This document shows positions 18,417 through 30,610 of a stretch of DNA of 64,000 bases, piece by piece. A program made the position numbers and the translations under genes. Location: assembly GCA_021155085.1 (NCBI GenBank), contig JAJNQA010000112.1, forward strand, positions 8,378 to 72,377, in the 5' to 3' direction. Numbering within the stretch: position 1 is the first letter of the stretch; each line of letters starts with the position of its first letter. A model generated the notes under the pieces. That model was not told the DNA's origin. It was given only the letters and a program-made list of their open reading frames with translations, and ran no database searches. This DNA is from Heliomicrobium sp. (GTDB taxonomy: Bacteria > Acidobacteriota > Blastocatellia > RBC074).

Positions 18417-18968
18417 TTATCTAATCGGCTTGGTAGTTTTGCGAGGATTTTCCCCCGCGCTTTTCTGCTCCGCTACTTCTAATTTCACATTTTGCCAATC
18501 TCCACGAACAATCAATTCGCGAATCTCCGTTGAGTTTTTCCCTTCCCCAAGCAGCTTATGAACCAGCAACCCTTCTTTCAGACAGAGGGCGCAGCCGACA
18601 CTATGATCCGAAGCATAACAATCAAGCAGGCTTTTATGGCCAATCCCTGAATCGCAGTAGCAATAGCAGGGCTGCTGGGCGAAGACTTCAGGGTTTTCCT
18701 TGGCATAGCCGTATGCGGCAACGATCACTGGATCGGAAAACTGCTTGGGATCAAGCACCTCCGGCAACGGTTTAGCTTCTTCTGGATTATTGAAATGGGC
18801 AGGAATACGTGGCGTTGGATTGGCCGATGCCTGATGATTCGCATGAGAATCCTGCACCTTCGGGGAGGTGGCACAGCCTGCCAGCAATAAAGCAATGGCC
18901 GGCAGAAACAATGAACAGAACCAGACGCGCCGAGCTGGCTGAAATTGGTTGATCAAACTTCGATTCAT
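18417..18968 (-). CDS. PCYCGC-motif lipoprotein or secreted protein
   Basis: Signal/lipobox region LLLAGCATS. QQPCYCYCDSGIGHKSLLDCY...GCALC matches the PCYCGC domain family. Confidence 0.5.
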   Translation of the reverse strand: MNRSLINQFQPARRVWFCSLFLPAIALLLAGCATSPKVQDSHANHQASANPTPRIPAHFNNPEEAKPLPEVLDPKQFSDPVIVAAYGYAKENPEVFAQQPCYCYCDSGIGHKSLLDCYASDHSVGCALCLKEGLLVHKLLGEGKNSTEIRELIVRGDWQNVKLEVAEQKSAGENPRKTTKPIR

Positions 18969-19187
18969 TACTTCCTCAGATACGGTTACGGATTGAAAAC
19001 TAAATTTGATTTTCGATCAGAGTTTTTAGGTTCGGTGGTATTGTAACGGCGGCTTGCCTTCTTTGCCAGTCAAGATTGAGACAAAAAGCGGGACAAATGA
19101 TTAGTCTGGTGCTATCATCCATCCGCACTTGTCACCAAAGTGCCCCCTTACCAACCGCCCCACTTGCCGACTCCATCCTTGATCATT

Positions 19188-20966
19188 ATGAAACTGCAAA
19201 AAACCACCTTCCTGAATGTATTCTGCTCACTGGCTCTCGCCACCATCGGATTTTCTGTTTCCAGCCACGCGCAAGGCCGCAGCTTCGCTCTTCAAATTAG
19301 TTCAGTCACTTCCGAAACCGAAGCTCAAGCCGATGTCGCCGGCCTGAAAGCCAAAGGCGTCGAAGCCTACGTTGTAAAATCCGAAGTGCCCGGCAAAGGC
19401 ATGCGCTATCGAGTCCGCATCGGCAAATTCGCCACGATGCAGCAGGCCAAAGCCGCAGGCGACCGGTTGACCGGCGAAAAGATCATCCACGAATTCGCCG
19501 TAATGGTTTACGAAACGCCCGCTACAGCCGTTGCCCGACGCGAACCAAAAAAAACGCCGGCTGATCATTCTGACGCCAAAAAGCCATTGCCCGGCAATGA
19601 AGAAATTTCCGCCAGGGAAAACTCTGACGCCAGCCCTGCCAAGTTATCAGAAGAAACCAGGGCTTCTGTCGCCGAAGAAACGGCTCCGTCAACACAAACT
19701 GCAACGCCAATTCTGGCCAGGCCTGAAACCAAGTCTGAACCCCTCATCGCGGAAACAAAGCCTGCGCCTGTTACCGAAGCGCAACTGGAGCCGCAGCCGA
19801 AACCGGAAACGCCGTCAGCGCCTGCGCCCGCGGAAATTAACGCGAGCGTAGAACCCAAAATCGCCGCGCCGCCCATCGCCGATGCGCTAACCGAAGCCTC
19901 TTTCAGCAAAAGCAATTGGAAGATGGCACGCCGCAGCGCCGAAACCGATAAAAATCTCCGTGCGGTTCATTTCGTTGACACCATGACCGGCTGGGCGGCT
20001 GGCGATGCGGGCGCGGTCTATCGAACCACCGATGGCGGACGCACCTGGAAACCGCTGCTCAGCGGAGTTTCCGCCAACATCAATTTCATTCACTTCCTTG
20101 ATTGGAATCACGGCTGGATGATCGGTGAAGCGATCAAAGGCATTGGCGCACGAGACGAAGACGAAGGCGAAACCCTGCTGCTGAACACCATCAACGGTGG
20201 TCGCACCTGGATGATTCAGAAAATCCCGAATCTGCTCAGCGTCCACTTCACCGATCTGCAAAACGGCTGGGCCGTCGGCAAGAACGCGACCTTGTTGCGC
20301 ACAACCAACGGCGGCAACGACTGGAAGCCCGTCCCCGAAATTCAAAGCGTCATCGGATTGCCGGTTGAATCTTCAAATTACAATTTCGGGTTCCGCGACG
20401 TGTTTTTCCTGGACGCCAATCATGGCTGGCTGATCGGCAACTTCTATGGCCGCGCGCAAAGCAACATCGGCGGCCTGTTCGTCACCGAAGACGGTGGCGC
20501 GACCTGGAAACGAGTGCCAATCACATTGCAAACGCAAAAAGTCTCCGGACGATTCACGCCCGGTTTGCTGCATTCCGTGCGCTTCACCGATTCAAAGAAC
20601 GGTTCGGTCAGCGGCGAAATGACCGACGGCGAAGGACGTTATTTCTTCGCGCTGCACACTCACGATGGCGGCCAAACCTGGGAGCAATTCCGCACGCCCA
20701 GCCGCGCCACGCATAGCACGCAATTCCTCGACCCAACCAATGGCTGGATGGCCGCGTTCGCCCCGCGCGAAGGCAGCGCCGAAGCCGTCGTCTACGATAC
20801 CAGCCTGATGCGCACTGACAACGGCGGCCTTTCCTGGCAAAACGACTTCACCGCCAAAGGCAGCCGCATCCGCAGTGTTTTCTTTTTGTCGCCAAACAAA
20901 GGCTGGGCAGTTGGGGATCGTGGAATGATTTTGCGGTATGAAGAGAAGTCGAAGGCGATGAATTGA
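19188..20966 (+). CDS. Secreted SPOR-domain protein fused through a Pro/Ala/Glu-rich linker to a BNR/Asp-box beta-propeller (Ycf48- or sialidase-like)
   Basis: Signal peptide. SPOR-like motif (GVEAYVVKSEVPGKGMRYRVRIGKF...AKAAGDRL). Six S/T.DGG.TW Asp-box repeats, e.g. TDGGRTWK, NGGRTWM, TNGGNDWK, DGGATWK, HDGGQTWE, DNGGLSWQ. Confidence 0.65.
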   Translation: MKLQKTTFLNVFCSLALATIGFSVSSHAQGRSFALQISSVTSETEAQADVAGLKAKGVEAYVVKSEVPGKGMRYRVRIGKFATMQQAKAAGDRLTGEKIIHEFAVMVYETPATAVARREPKKTPADHSDAKKPLPGNEEISARENSDASPAKLSEETRASVAEETAPSTQTATPILARPETKSEPLIAETKPAPVTEAQLEPQPKPETPSAPAPAEINASVEPKIAAPPIADALTEASFSKSNWKMARRSAETDKNLRAVHFVDTMTGWAAGDAGAVYRTTDGGRTWKPLLSGVSANINFIHFLDWNHGWMIGEAIKGIGARDEDEGETLLLNTINGGRTWMIQKIPNLLSVHFTDLQNGWAVGKNATLLRTTNGGNDWKPVPEIQSVIGLPVESSNYNFGFRDVFFLDANHGWLIGNFYGRAQSNIGGLFVTEDGGATWKRVPITLQTQKVSGRFTPGLLHSVRFTDSKNGSVSGEMTDGEGRYFFALHTHDGGQTWEQFRTPSRATHSTQFLDPTNGWMAAFAPREGSAEAVVYDTSLMRTDNGGLSWQNDFTAKGSRIRSVFFLSPNKGWAVGDRGMILRYEEKSKAMN

Positions 20967-21013
20967 AGGTGGTAATCAACAACCACTTTTTTCATAATCA
21001 TCGGGGACCATCA

Positions 21014-21517
21014 ATGATAATAAATATCGAAGATGAACAGAAAATTAGAATCGCGAAATGGGGAGCAAACAAGCTCTTCGGAGACCCTGACAAACGCAAG
21101 CTTGAAATGAGTAACGACGACCTTGTTAAACTTTTTGACAAGGTCTGGGAACAAACTCTACAACGCGCGGTAACTACGGCTGACACCTGTAATCCGCAAG
21201 AAGCTTTTGCAAGGCTATCTGACAGAGAGAAAAGCTATTTTGATTTTGACCAAAAGCATCGGCAATTTCGCCTCAAGGATCACAACATAGAATTTATTGT
21301 GCAGTTGAGAGCAAACAGCGAAGACACCCTAGAGCTGACGCAACTCTGGAAAGTTTCATCAACAGATATAAATCCAAAAACTCTTTATGTGACATTCGAT
21401 TCGGTACAAGAAAGGGAACAATTTGGAGAGCTTGCCAATCAGCTTGGATGGAGCGATGAAGATTTAGGCCTTCAATTATTGCTTGATTTCATGAGAAAGC
21501 TTTCTAGACGACGCTAA
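21014..21517 (+). CDS. Hypothetical protein in a low-GC islet
   Basis: GC is about 40 %, against about 60 % in the flanks. No recognisable domain. ATG at 21014; an upstream TTG would overlap the previous stop. Confidence 0.4.
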   Translation: MIINIEDEQKIRIAKWGANKLFGDPDKRKLEMSNDDLVKLFDKVWEQTLQRAVTTADTCNPQEAFARLSDREKSYFDFDQKHRQFRLKDHNIEFIVQLRANSEDTLELTQLWKVSSTDINPKTLYVTFDSVQEREQFGELANQLGWSDEDLGLQLLLDFMRKLSRRR

Positions 21518-21563
21518 ATCCTCTGCCTTGACGTAACTACACGATGTAACTACAGTACCTCCG

Positions 21564-21839
21564 ATGAAATTCGAGTGGGACGAAGCCAAACGCCAGACCA
21601 ATATCAGAGATCATGGCATTGATTTTGCCGATCTGAAGCCTTTGTTTGAAGGAGAGACGGTGATTATGTTGGACGACCGCTTTGATTACGGCGAGTATCG
21701 CTTCATCACACTTGGCTTGCTCAATGAAATTGTGCTGCTGGTTGTCCACACGGAAACAGATGAGGTCATTCGCATCATCTCTGCTCGCAAAGCAACCAAA
21801 TATGAAGAAAAAAGATATTTCACCGAACTCGCAGACTGA
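21564..21839 (+). CDS. brnT: Type II toxin BrnT (DUF497, ribonuclease toxin)
   Basis: MKFEWDEAKRQTNIRDHGIDFADLKPLFEGETV...VIRIISARKAT is the canonical BrnT N-terminus. Confidence 0.8.
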   Translation: MKFEWDEAKRQTNIRDHGIDFADLKPLFEGETVIMLDDRFDYGEYRFITLGLLNEIVLLVVHTETDEVIRIISARKATKYEEKRYFTELAD

Positions 21840-22077
21840 CTGGGAACGCCTACGGGCGATGACCGACAAAGACATTGACCTTTCCGAAACTCCGGAATTG
21901 ACGCCGGAAATGTTCGCCCGCGCAGTGATCAGGCGCGGACTCAAACCGGTGATGCGAAAATCGCAAATTACATTGCGGATTGATGGTGAAGTTGTGGAAT
22001 GGTTTAAAGGGCAAGGCCAAGGCTACCAAACGCTGATCAACTCTCTCTTAAGAGCTTATATGGAAGCGCATAAATGA
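21802..22077 (+). CDS. brnA: Antitoxin BrnA (DUF4415 / CopG-like)
   Basis: ATG at 21802 overlaps the brnT 3' end by 38 bp in another frame. DKDIDLSETPELTPEMFARAV...TLRIDGEVVEWFKGQGQGYQTLINSLLRAYMEAH is the BrnA pattern. Confidence 0.7.
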   Translation: MKKKDISPNSQTDWERLRAMTDKDIDLSETPELTPEMFARAVIRRGLKPVMRKSQITLRIDGEVVEWFKGQGQGYQTLINSLLRAYMEAHK

Positions 22078-22089
22078 AACACTGAAAGA

Positions 22090-22128
22090 TTGCGGGCATC
22101 GCCGTCAACGATGCCCGCAATTCTTTTT
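22090..22128. terminator. Rho-independent, likely bidirectional, terminator between convergent brnA and pepP
   Basis: Perfect 12-bp stem TTGCGGGCATCG, 8-nt loop, stem CGATGCCCGCAA, followed by TTCTTTTT. Confidence 0.65.
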
Positions 22129-22145
22129 CCTGAACTGCTCATTCC

Positions 22146-23459
22146 CTAAACCGCCACCATTGCCGATTCCTTCATCGTGGCTTCAACTTCTCTCGCCTCT
22201 TTCGGTACGCCCGAAGTCAAAACCTCAGAGCCGCTTTCAGTCACCACCACATCGTCTTCGATGCGGACGCCAATGTTGAAAAACTCTTCCGGCACGTTTT
22301 CCGCGCCTTCAGCAATATACACGCCCGGTTCGACCGTGAAGACCATGCCGGGTTCGAGCGTTCGCCAGTCGTCGTCCAGCTTGTAGCGGCCCACGTCGTG
22401 AACGTCCATGCCCAGCCAATGGCCGGTGCGGTGCATGAAGAATTTTTCGTAGGCTTTCTTTTCGACGTTGTCTTTCAAACTGCCGGAAAGCAGGCCCACA
22501 TCAAGCAGGCCCTGCGTCACCACATCTACGCTGCGTTCGTGCAGTTTCATGAAGCTGACGCCGGGTTTGACCATTTTGATGACTTCCTTGTTGGCATTCA
22601 GAACAACTTCGTAAATGGCCTGCTGGGCTTTGGTGTATTTGCCGTTGGCGGGAAAGCTGCGCGTGATGTCGCCGGAAAAGACGTTGTATTCGGCTCCGGC
22701 GTCAATCAACACCATGTCGCCGTCCTGAATCTGACATTGATTGGTGTTGTAGTGCAGGATCGTCGTGTTGAAACCCGAACCGACAATCGAAGGATAGCCG
22801 ACGCCGGTCGCGCCGTTTTTGCGGAAGACATATTCGACGACGGCTTCCAACTCGTATTCGTACATTCCGGGTTTGCAATGCTTCATGGCGGCCACATGTC
22901 CTTCGGCACTGATCTGGGCGGCGCGGCGCAAGGATTTCAGGTCGTCTTCGTTTTTGCGCAGCCGCATTTCGTGAACGATCGTGGCCGGATCAATGATCGT
23001 CGTCGGCGCATAGACGCCTGTGCGGACGCGTTCGCGAATATGTTTGATCGTCCCGATGACTTTCAGGTCGAACTGCTGGTTCTGGCCGAAGCCGTAATAA
23101 AGCTTATGGGCGTTTTGCAGATATTTTGGCAACAGCTCATCGAGCCGGGCAATGTCGTAAGCGGCGTCCGCGCCATAATCGCGAATCGCGCCTTCAACGC
23201 CGGCGCGCAGTCCGGTCCAGATTTCCTCTTCGCGTTTGCGCGGGCGGACGAAGAGCACGTACTTGTGTTCTGGATGATTCGGCGCAAGCACGGCGACGCA
23301 ATCCGGCTCGTTCAATCGTGTCAAATAATAAAAGTCCGTATCCTGACGGAACTCAAAATCGGTATCCTGATTGCGGCGGATTTCGTGTGCACTGGCGAAG
23401 ACGGCGACGCTTGATGGTTCCATCTTGGCCAGAAACTCTGCCAAACGGGTTGGTTTCAT
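22146..23459 (-). CDS. pepP: Xaa-Pro aminopeptidase (M24B, PepP)
   Basis: AMP_N region followed by an M24 metal-binding pattern ([10 protein letters not shown]...[13 protein letters not shown]...GMVFTVEPG...EDDVV). Confidence 0.8.
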   Translation of the reverse strand: MKPTRLAEFLAKMEPSSVAVFASAHEIRRNQDTDFEFRQDTDFYYLTRLNEPDCVAVLAPNHPEHKYVLFVRPRKREEEIWTGLRAGVEGAIRDYGADAAYDIARLDELLPKYLQNAHKLYYGFGQNQQFDLKVIGTIKHIRERVRTGVYAPTTIIDPATIVHEMRLRKNEDDLKSLRRAAQISAEGHVAAMKHCKPGMYEYELEAVVEYVFRKNGATGVGYPSIVGSGFNTTILHYNTNQCQIQDGDMVLIDAGAEYNVFSGDITRSFPANGKYTKAQQAIYEVVLNANKEVIKMVKPGVSFMKLHERSVDVVTQGLLDVGLLSGSLKDNVEKKAYEKFFMHRTGHWLGMDVHDVGRYKLDDDWRTLEPGMVFTVEPGVYIAEGAENVPEEFFNIGVRIEDDVVVTESGSEVLTSGVPKEAREVEATMKESAMVAV

Positions 23460-23518
23460 CGGTTGCTCCTGGATGAATTTGGGATTGATGCCCGCCTAGT
23501 ATAGCGAATCGGTCAGGC

Positions 23519-25990
23519 TCAGCGGAAATTCTCCATCTTCCAAATCTTGGTTGTTGCAGACTGTTTGCTGAAGAAGAGGCTTTTTTGATCCGGCGACCAG
23601 GCAAGTCCGGCGTAACGCATCTGCGAATCCTTGTTGTTCGTGAGTTTTCTCAAGCGGCGGTCATCAAGCGAAACTTGCCAGATGTTGTCGCATTTGTCTT
23701 GACGTGCGACAAATGCAACCGTCTTGGCATCAGGGGAAAGCCGCACACTGTTGAAATAGACTGAAGGGAGTTTTGCAATTGGCCCGGTTTCCTGTTGGCC
23801 GGGGGTAAGCTGTACCAATTCCATATCAACAATTGCTCCGGGCATTTCGGGCGCAACCAGCCCCGCCAAAAACTTGGTTCCACCCGCGGCCCATCCCACC
23901 ATGCGAATACGCAAATCGGTTTGAAGCAGCGTCTGCTCTCTGCCGCCAGCCGCATCGCGTTCGTTCATCAAAACGCTTCGGGGAATCCCTTTCAATCTGG
24001 AAGTCTGTGCCAGATAAGCTAACCGTTTTCCATCCGGTGACCAAATCGGACTCAGTAGTTGCAATCTGGGATCATTGTTATTTGAAATCATGATTTCCGC
24101 ACCGCCATCGGCGGGAACCGTCCAAATATTGATGACCTTTTCATCAATCGCACTAAACGCCAACAGGTCACCCTTCGGCGACCAACTGTAATTGTGGGGC
24201 TGCGCCCAATCGCATAAATTCGGGTTAAATCCATTGGTGACCAGTAATTTTTGCGTTAATTGCCGTTGATCAGCGCCATCGCTTCTCATCATCAATAAAT
24301 TGCTAAGGCTGCCTATCGTGCGGAGAAATGTCAGTCGCTCTGAATTTGGTGCCCAACGCGCATCAAATCCTTTCGCAAGTTGTTTATTGGCCGCGTTCTT
24401 GGCGTCAGTGCCTCGAGTCCAAATCAATCCTTCTAAAACCTGACCTTCGCTGGCAGCACGATGAAACACGATGTTTTTCCCAAGTGGCGAAACCTCTGGC
24501 AAGACTTCCAACAGGGCGTCCGAGGTAAACTGGCGTTCACTTCCCGTCACCAAATCCAGACGATAAACATCAGCCTCTCCCGTTAAAGTCGCATAGAAAA
24601 TTTTTCGCCCATCCAGTGATATGTGAAGCGGTTGGCCGTTTTCGTTAAAGGGAATGAGCTGGATTGGTGGGCGGCCATCCAAGAAGGCAACACAAAGCTG
24701 ATAAGAATCACCCCGTTTGGAGCTATAGAGAATTTGTTTACCGTTCGGGAACCAGGTCGGATAAACATTTATTTCGCCATCACTCGTGACTTGTTTTGGA
24801 GTACTGCCATCAAGCGGAGCGATGAAGATGTGGGCAGATTTGTTGACTGTCTCAACATAGGCGACTGATTTTTCGTCCGGAGAAGGAGTAAAATTGCGTC
24901 TGATCGGCGCGGATTCATCGAACTTTGTCAGTGGAATACTTTGACGAGTTTTCAAATCAAGGACAAGCACGTTTCGAAGGGTGACATAATAAATTTTAGT
25001 CCCGTCCTTCGACCAATTCAGCAATCGCACGTAAGCGTCATCGAACGAATGGATTTTCTCGCCTTTACCGCCAAATAAAGGCGTAACCCAAACTTCAAAA
25101 TAGTTTGGACGCGCAGAAAGGTAGGCGATTTTTTGATTATCCGGCGACCAAATGGGACTTAAGTCAGGCCACTCATCTTCGGTAATGGGCCTGGCTTCAG
25201 TACTGGCAATTTGTTGAACGTAAATGTCCGACTGCGCAGATTCACTTTTTGAAAAAGCAATGAAATTTCCATCTGGCGAAGCCTGAACTGACAACAAGTC
25301 CGATCCCAGCCCGGTTTTCCAGCTTGCAATCGCTTTAGTTTCCAACTTAGTCAGGTCGAAATCGCTGGAATCTTTACGAAGTTTGAACCAGAAAAAGAGT
25401 GCGGCCAGCGCTAAAAGTCCCACGGCTGCCAGTCCCCCTAGGTAAACTCTGACACGAGAGTTTGAAGGCCTTGGCACCGGAAAGCTCTCCGGGTTTGAGA
25501 GCACTGGCTTGGAGAGGAAATCGTTTGCGACTTCCACCTTGGCCATTGCGGAAGCTGTCGAATTCGCCTGCTCTGACGGAATAGCAGCGGACGTAATCGG
25601 GGTAGTTTGCCGGATTACCTTGGGAGGAGTAACTGTGATTTCCTCAACTGGATGAACGAATCGGTAGCCGAGTTTCGAGTGCGTGACAATATATTTATCG
25701 TTTTCCCCTGCTGACTTGTCCTGCCCATTCCCTCTGGTTGTATTCGCCAGCGTTTTGCGAAGGAAGGAAATATTCTTGGAAAGATTGCTCTCCTCCACTG
25801 ATATTTCCCCCCAGATATGCTTCATCAAATCGTCTTTCGAGACGACGGTCCCCCGGTGTTCAACCAGGAACAACAAAATCTCGAAAGCCTTCGGAGTCAA
25901 TGATACGTGGTCTTCGTTGTACAGCAGGGCTCGCTGCCGCAGATCCAAGGAAAAATTGCCAAACCGCAAAAGACTGATAGGACTTGACAT
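23519..25990 (-). CDS. CadC/OmpR-type winged-helix DNA-binding domain, one TM segment, and a periplasmic TolB-like WD40 beta-propeller. A membrane-bound one-component regulator.
   Basis: N-terminus RFGNFSLDLRQRALLYNEDHVSLTPKAFEILLFLVEH (trans_reg_C). TM helix LGGLAAVGLLALAALFFW. Repeated SPDG.FIAFS, SPDNQKIAYLS and SPDEKSVAYV blades. Confidence 0.7.
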   Translation of the reverse strand: MSSPISLLRFGNFSLDLRQRALLYNEDHVSLTPKAFEILLFLVEHRGTVVSKDDLMKHIWGEISVEESNLSKNISFLRKTLANTTRGNGQDKSAGENDKYIVTHSKLGYRFVHPVEEITVTPPKVIRQTTPITSAAIPSEQANSTASAMAKVEVANDFLSKPVLSNPESFPVPRPSNSRVRVYLGGLAAVGLLALAALFFWFKLRKDSSDFDLTKLETKAIASWKTGLGSDLLSVQASPDGNFIAFSKSESAQSDIYVQQIASTEARPITEDEWPDLSPIWSPDNQKIAYLSARPNYFEVWVTPLFGGKGEKIHSFDDAYVRLLNWSKDGTKIYYVTLRNVLVLDLKTRQSIPLTKFDESAPIRRNFTPSPDEKSVAYVETVNKSAHIFIAPLDGSTPKQVTSDGEINVYPTWFPNGKQILYSSKRGDSYQLCVAFLDGRPPIQLIPFNENGQPLHISLDGRKIFYATLTGEADVYRLDLVTGSERQFTSDALLEVLPEVSPLGKNIVFHRAASEGQVLEGLIWTRGTDAKNAANKQLAKGFDARWAPNSERLTFLRTIGSLSNLLMMRSDGADQRQLTQKLLVTNGFNPNLCDWAQPHNYSWSPKGDLLAFSAIDEKVINIWTVPADGGAEIMISNNNDPRLQLLSPIWSPDGKRLAYLAQTSRLKGIPRSVLMNERDAAGGREQTLLQTDLRIRMVGWAAGGTKFLAGLVAPEMPGAIVDMELVQLTPGQQETGPIAKLPSVYFNSVRLSPDAKTVAFVARQDKCDNIWQVSLDDRRLRKLTNNKDSQMRYAGLAWSPDQKSLFFSKQSATTKIWKMENFR

Positions 25991-26295
25991 AGGGGAAGTA
26001 AGAAAAAAGTCAATTTATCTTCAACAAAATCCCAAGACTATTTTGCGGCTTTATGTGACAAAAGTGCCGCGTCGTCAGCCTGATGATGTTGAGAGTTAAG
26101 TCAGAAAATTTTGGGACATACACCGCACTAGGATGGGCCTCAGCTCAGGCAGCGTCCTCAGCCAGTTATTTCCTTCAGCCTGGTTGAAGACAATGCATAG
26201 GGGCTCATTAAGCCAAACCGGGTAGAACTCGGTACAAACTATTTGGACAAGCCGTGTAGCCAACGGTTTGTTCCTTTTTCTCCAAAGGAGTCAAT

Positions 26296-26547
26296 ATGCC
26301 CAAACCTCAAGCCACAACCTATGAAGATGTGTTCGTAAATATGTTGAAGGCGTATCAGCAAGTCGCAGATAAAGCCTTTGAATTGAATCCGGATAAAGAG
26401 TACGTTTTGAAATTGATAAAATCACACGCTTGCCAGTTAAATCGAACAGGCGGTCCTGACAAAACCCCTCTTTTCAGCAGCAACTGTCCTGATGGATGGG
26501 TGCAATGCCCAGGCGGCGATTGTGTTCCCATCGTTCTGGGCTGTTAA
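26296..26547 (+). CDS. Small (83-aa) hypothetical protein with a Cys-rich C-terminus
   Basis: Strong AAAGGAG ribosome-binding site. GC about 45 %. C-terminus NCPDGWVQCPGGDCVPIVLGC. No similarity recognised. Confidence 0.35.
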   Translation: MPKPQATTYEDVFVNMLKAYQQVADKAFELNPDKEYVLKLIKSHACQLNRTGGPDKTPLFSSNCPDGWVQCPGGDCVPIVLGC

Positions 26548-26642
26548 GCAAACAACACTGACTTAACCACAAGCGTGTTTCGTTGCTGGCGGCTTCTTTT
26601 GCGGAATGATTTCAGTCCGCCATAGAAGCCGCCATTTTCGCT

Positions 26643-28775
26643 TTAACCGATCAAAGCCGGTTTCAGCAAATATTCCTGCAAGTTATAGGGCTTCGCATCC
26701 GAAGTGCGCGGGCGGGAATAGGTTCCGTCCATTTGCAGCCAGCGCATCTTTACGTTGTCTTCCAGCGATGGTTCCAGGATTTCCTGGATGATGCGTTCTT
26801 TCAGGCGCGGGTCTTCGATAGGAAACATGACTTCGACGCGGCGATCCAGATTACGATTCATCAGGTCGGCGCTGCCCAGATAAATTTCTTCGTCGCCGCC
26901 GTTGATGAACCGGTAGATGCGCGAATGCTCCAGAAAGCGCCCGACGATGCTGCCCACGCGGATGGTCGAGCTTCTGCCCGGCCAGCCCGGACGCAGACAG
27001 CAAATGCCACGAACAATCAAATCTATCGGCACGCCTTCGCGTGAAGCCGAGTACATTTCCTCGATCATCCCGGCGTCAGTAAAACTATTGAATTTGGCAA
27101 CGATGCCTGACGGCCGTCCGGCCTGATGATGCCCGATTTCGCGGCGAATCATTTCGGTGAAACTCTGTCGGAGATTGACCGGGGCAACCAGCAATTTACG
27201 ATAGCGTTCCTGCCGCGAATAGCCGGTCAGATAGTTGAACAGTTCGGAAACGTCCTTGCCGAAATTATCGTCGCAGGTCAGCAAACCCAGGTCAGTATAA
27301 ATGCGCGCCGTCACGGGGTTGTAATTGCCCGTGCCCAGATGCACGTAGCGGCGAAGTTTGTTCTTTTCCTGCCGCACCACCAACGTCAGCTTGGCGTGCG
27401 TTTTCAATCCGACCAGCCCGTAAACCACATGCGCGCCGGCCTGTTCCAGGCGTCTGGCCCATTGGATGTTGTTCTCTTCATCAAAACGGGCTTTCAATTC
27501 GACCAGCACGGCGACCTGTTTGCCATTTTCGGCGGCTTCGATCAGGGCTTCGACGATGGGCGAATCCTTGCCGACGCGGTAAAGCGTCTGTTTGATGGCA
27601 ACGACATTTTGATCACGCGCGGCCTGGCGCAGCAATTCGACGACCGGCGCAAACGATTCGTACGGTTGATGCAGCAGAATATCCTGCGTGCGAATGGAGT
27701 CGAAGATGGATTGGCCCGTCTGTAAACTCGCCGGTGTGGTCGGCGTAAACGGCAGGTCTTTCAACTGCGGCAGGTCGAGTTTGTGAAGCGACATTAAATC
27801 AGGAATATTGAGCGGCCCGTCCACTGTGTAAACATCCTGCTCTTCCATCTCCAGGGAATTGCGCAGCACCTTGATCATGCGTTTGCTCATGTCGGTTGCG
27901 ACTTCCAGCCGCACGCCGAAGCCGAAACGCCTGCGCCGCAGTTGCAGTTCGACGGTCTTGAGCAAATCCCCTGCCTCGTCTTCTTCAATTTCAATGTCGG
28001 CGTCGCGTGTGATGCGGAACGGCTGGCATTCCAGAATCCGCATGCCGGGAAAGAGCGATTCAATGTGCGCGGCCATCACTTCTTCCAGCATGACGAAGCA
28101 GTGGCCGTCGCCGCGCGCCGGAATCAGCCGCGGCACATTCGGCGGAAGTTTGACGCGGGCGAAACGGCGATCCTTTTCGTTCTCGTCGGGATTTTCCGGC
28201 ACGACCAGAATTCCCAGATTGAGGCTGATGTTTGAAATGTAGGGAAACGGATGACTGGGATCCACCGACAGCGGCGTCAGAATTGGAAAGACGCGTTCAT
28301 AAAAAAACTCCCGCATCTCCTTGCGCTGGTCGTCATTCAGTTCTCCGTAGGGCACGATCCGCACGCCATGGTGTTCCAATCCGGGCAAAATCTGTTTGCG
28401 CAAACAGCGCATCTGCACCTTCAGCAATTGATGCAGCCGTTCGGCGATCAGCCGCAGTTGCGTCGCAGGGGTCAACCCGTCCGGCGACAGCGTCATCGGG
28501 TTGGCTTCAAGCTGTTCCTGCAACCCCGACACGCGGACCATAAAAAATTCGTCGAGGTTGGTCGAAAAAATCGAAAGGAATTTCAGCCGCTCCAGCAGCG
28601 GCTGTGTCGGATCAAGCGCTTCATCCAGCACGCGGCTGTTGAATTCGATCCAGCTCAGTTCGCGATTGATCAGCGGATTATCGGCCAGGGAGCCAGTGCC
28701 TCTTCTTTCAACAGGCAAGACAACGGAAGTTGACGGGGCGGGAGACATTACTAAAGCCAGCGGAGCTGTTTCCAT
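26643..28775 (-). CDS. ppk: Polyphosphate kinase 1
   Basis: [13 protein letters not shown]...[13 protein letters not shown]...[12 protein letters not shown] and two PLD-like C-terminal domains. 710 aa. Confidence 0.9.
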   Translation of the reverse strand: METAPLALVMSPAPSTSVVLPVERRGTGSLADNPLINRELSWIEFNSRVLDEALDPTQPLLERLKFLSIFSTNLDEFFMVRVSGLQEQLEANPMTLSPDGLTPATQLRLIAERLHQLLKVQMRCLRKQILPGLEHHGVRIVPYGELNDDQRKEMREFFYERVFPILTPLSVDPSHPFPYISNISLNLGILVVPENPDENEKDRRFARVKLPPNVPRLIPARGDGHCFVMLEEVMAAHIESLFPGMRILECQPFRITRDADIEIEEDEAGDLLKTVELQLRRRRFGFGVRLEVATDMSKRMIKVLRNSLEMEEQDVYTVDGPLNIPDLMSLHKLDLPQLKDLPFTPTTPASLQTGQSIFDSIRTQDILLHQPYESFAPVVELLRQAARDQNVVAIKQTLYRVGKDSPIVEALIEAAENGKQVAVLVELKARFDEENNIQWARRLEQAGAHVVYGLVGLKTHAKLTLVVRQEKNKLRRYVHLGTGNYNPVTARIYTDLGLLTCDDNFGKDVSELFNYLTGYSRQERYRKLLVAPVNLRQSFTEMIRREIGHHQAGRPSGIVAKFNSFTDAGMIEEMYSASREGVPIDLIVRGICCLRPGWPGRSSTIRVGSIVGRFLEHSRIYRFINGGDEEIYLGSADLMNRNLDRRVEVMFPIEDPRLKERIIQEILEPSLEDNVKMRWLQMDGTYSRPRTSDAKPYNLQEYLLKPALIG

Positions 28776-28921
28776 AAACGATTCGCCTCACAAAACAATG
28801 GATTCGAGCAATCAATGGGGAAACGAACCGGATTGTATGTGAGTGCAACCGCTGGCGTCAATTTTTCGATTTTGGAGTGCGGCGGTTCTGGCGGTCGCCG
28901 CACTCCAAATTGGCTACGCGA

Positions 28922-30529
<1,608 letters not shown>

Positions 30530-30610
30530 TACATTTCCTCTGGTTTGGTTGGTTAGATCGAAATTTGAGTGAGTGTCCAGCGAAGTTCCGAAACTTTGCC
30601 GCGTGAATAG

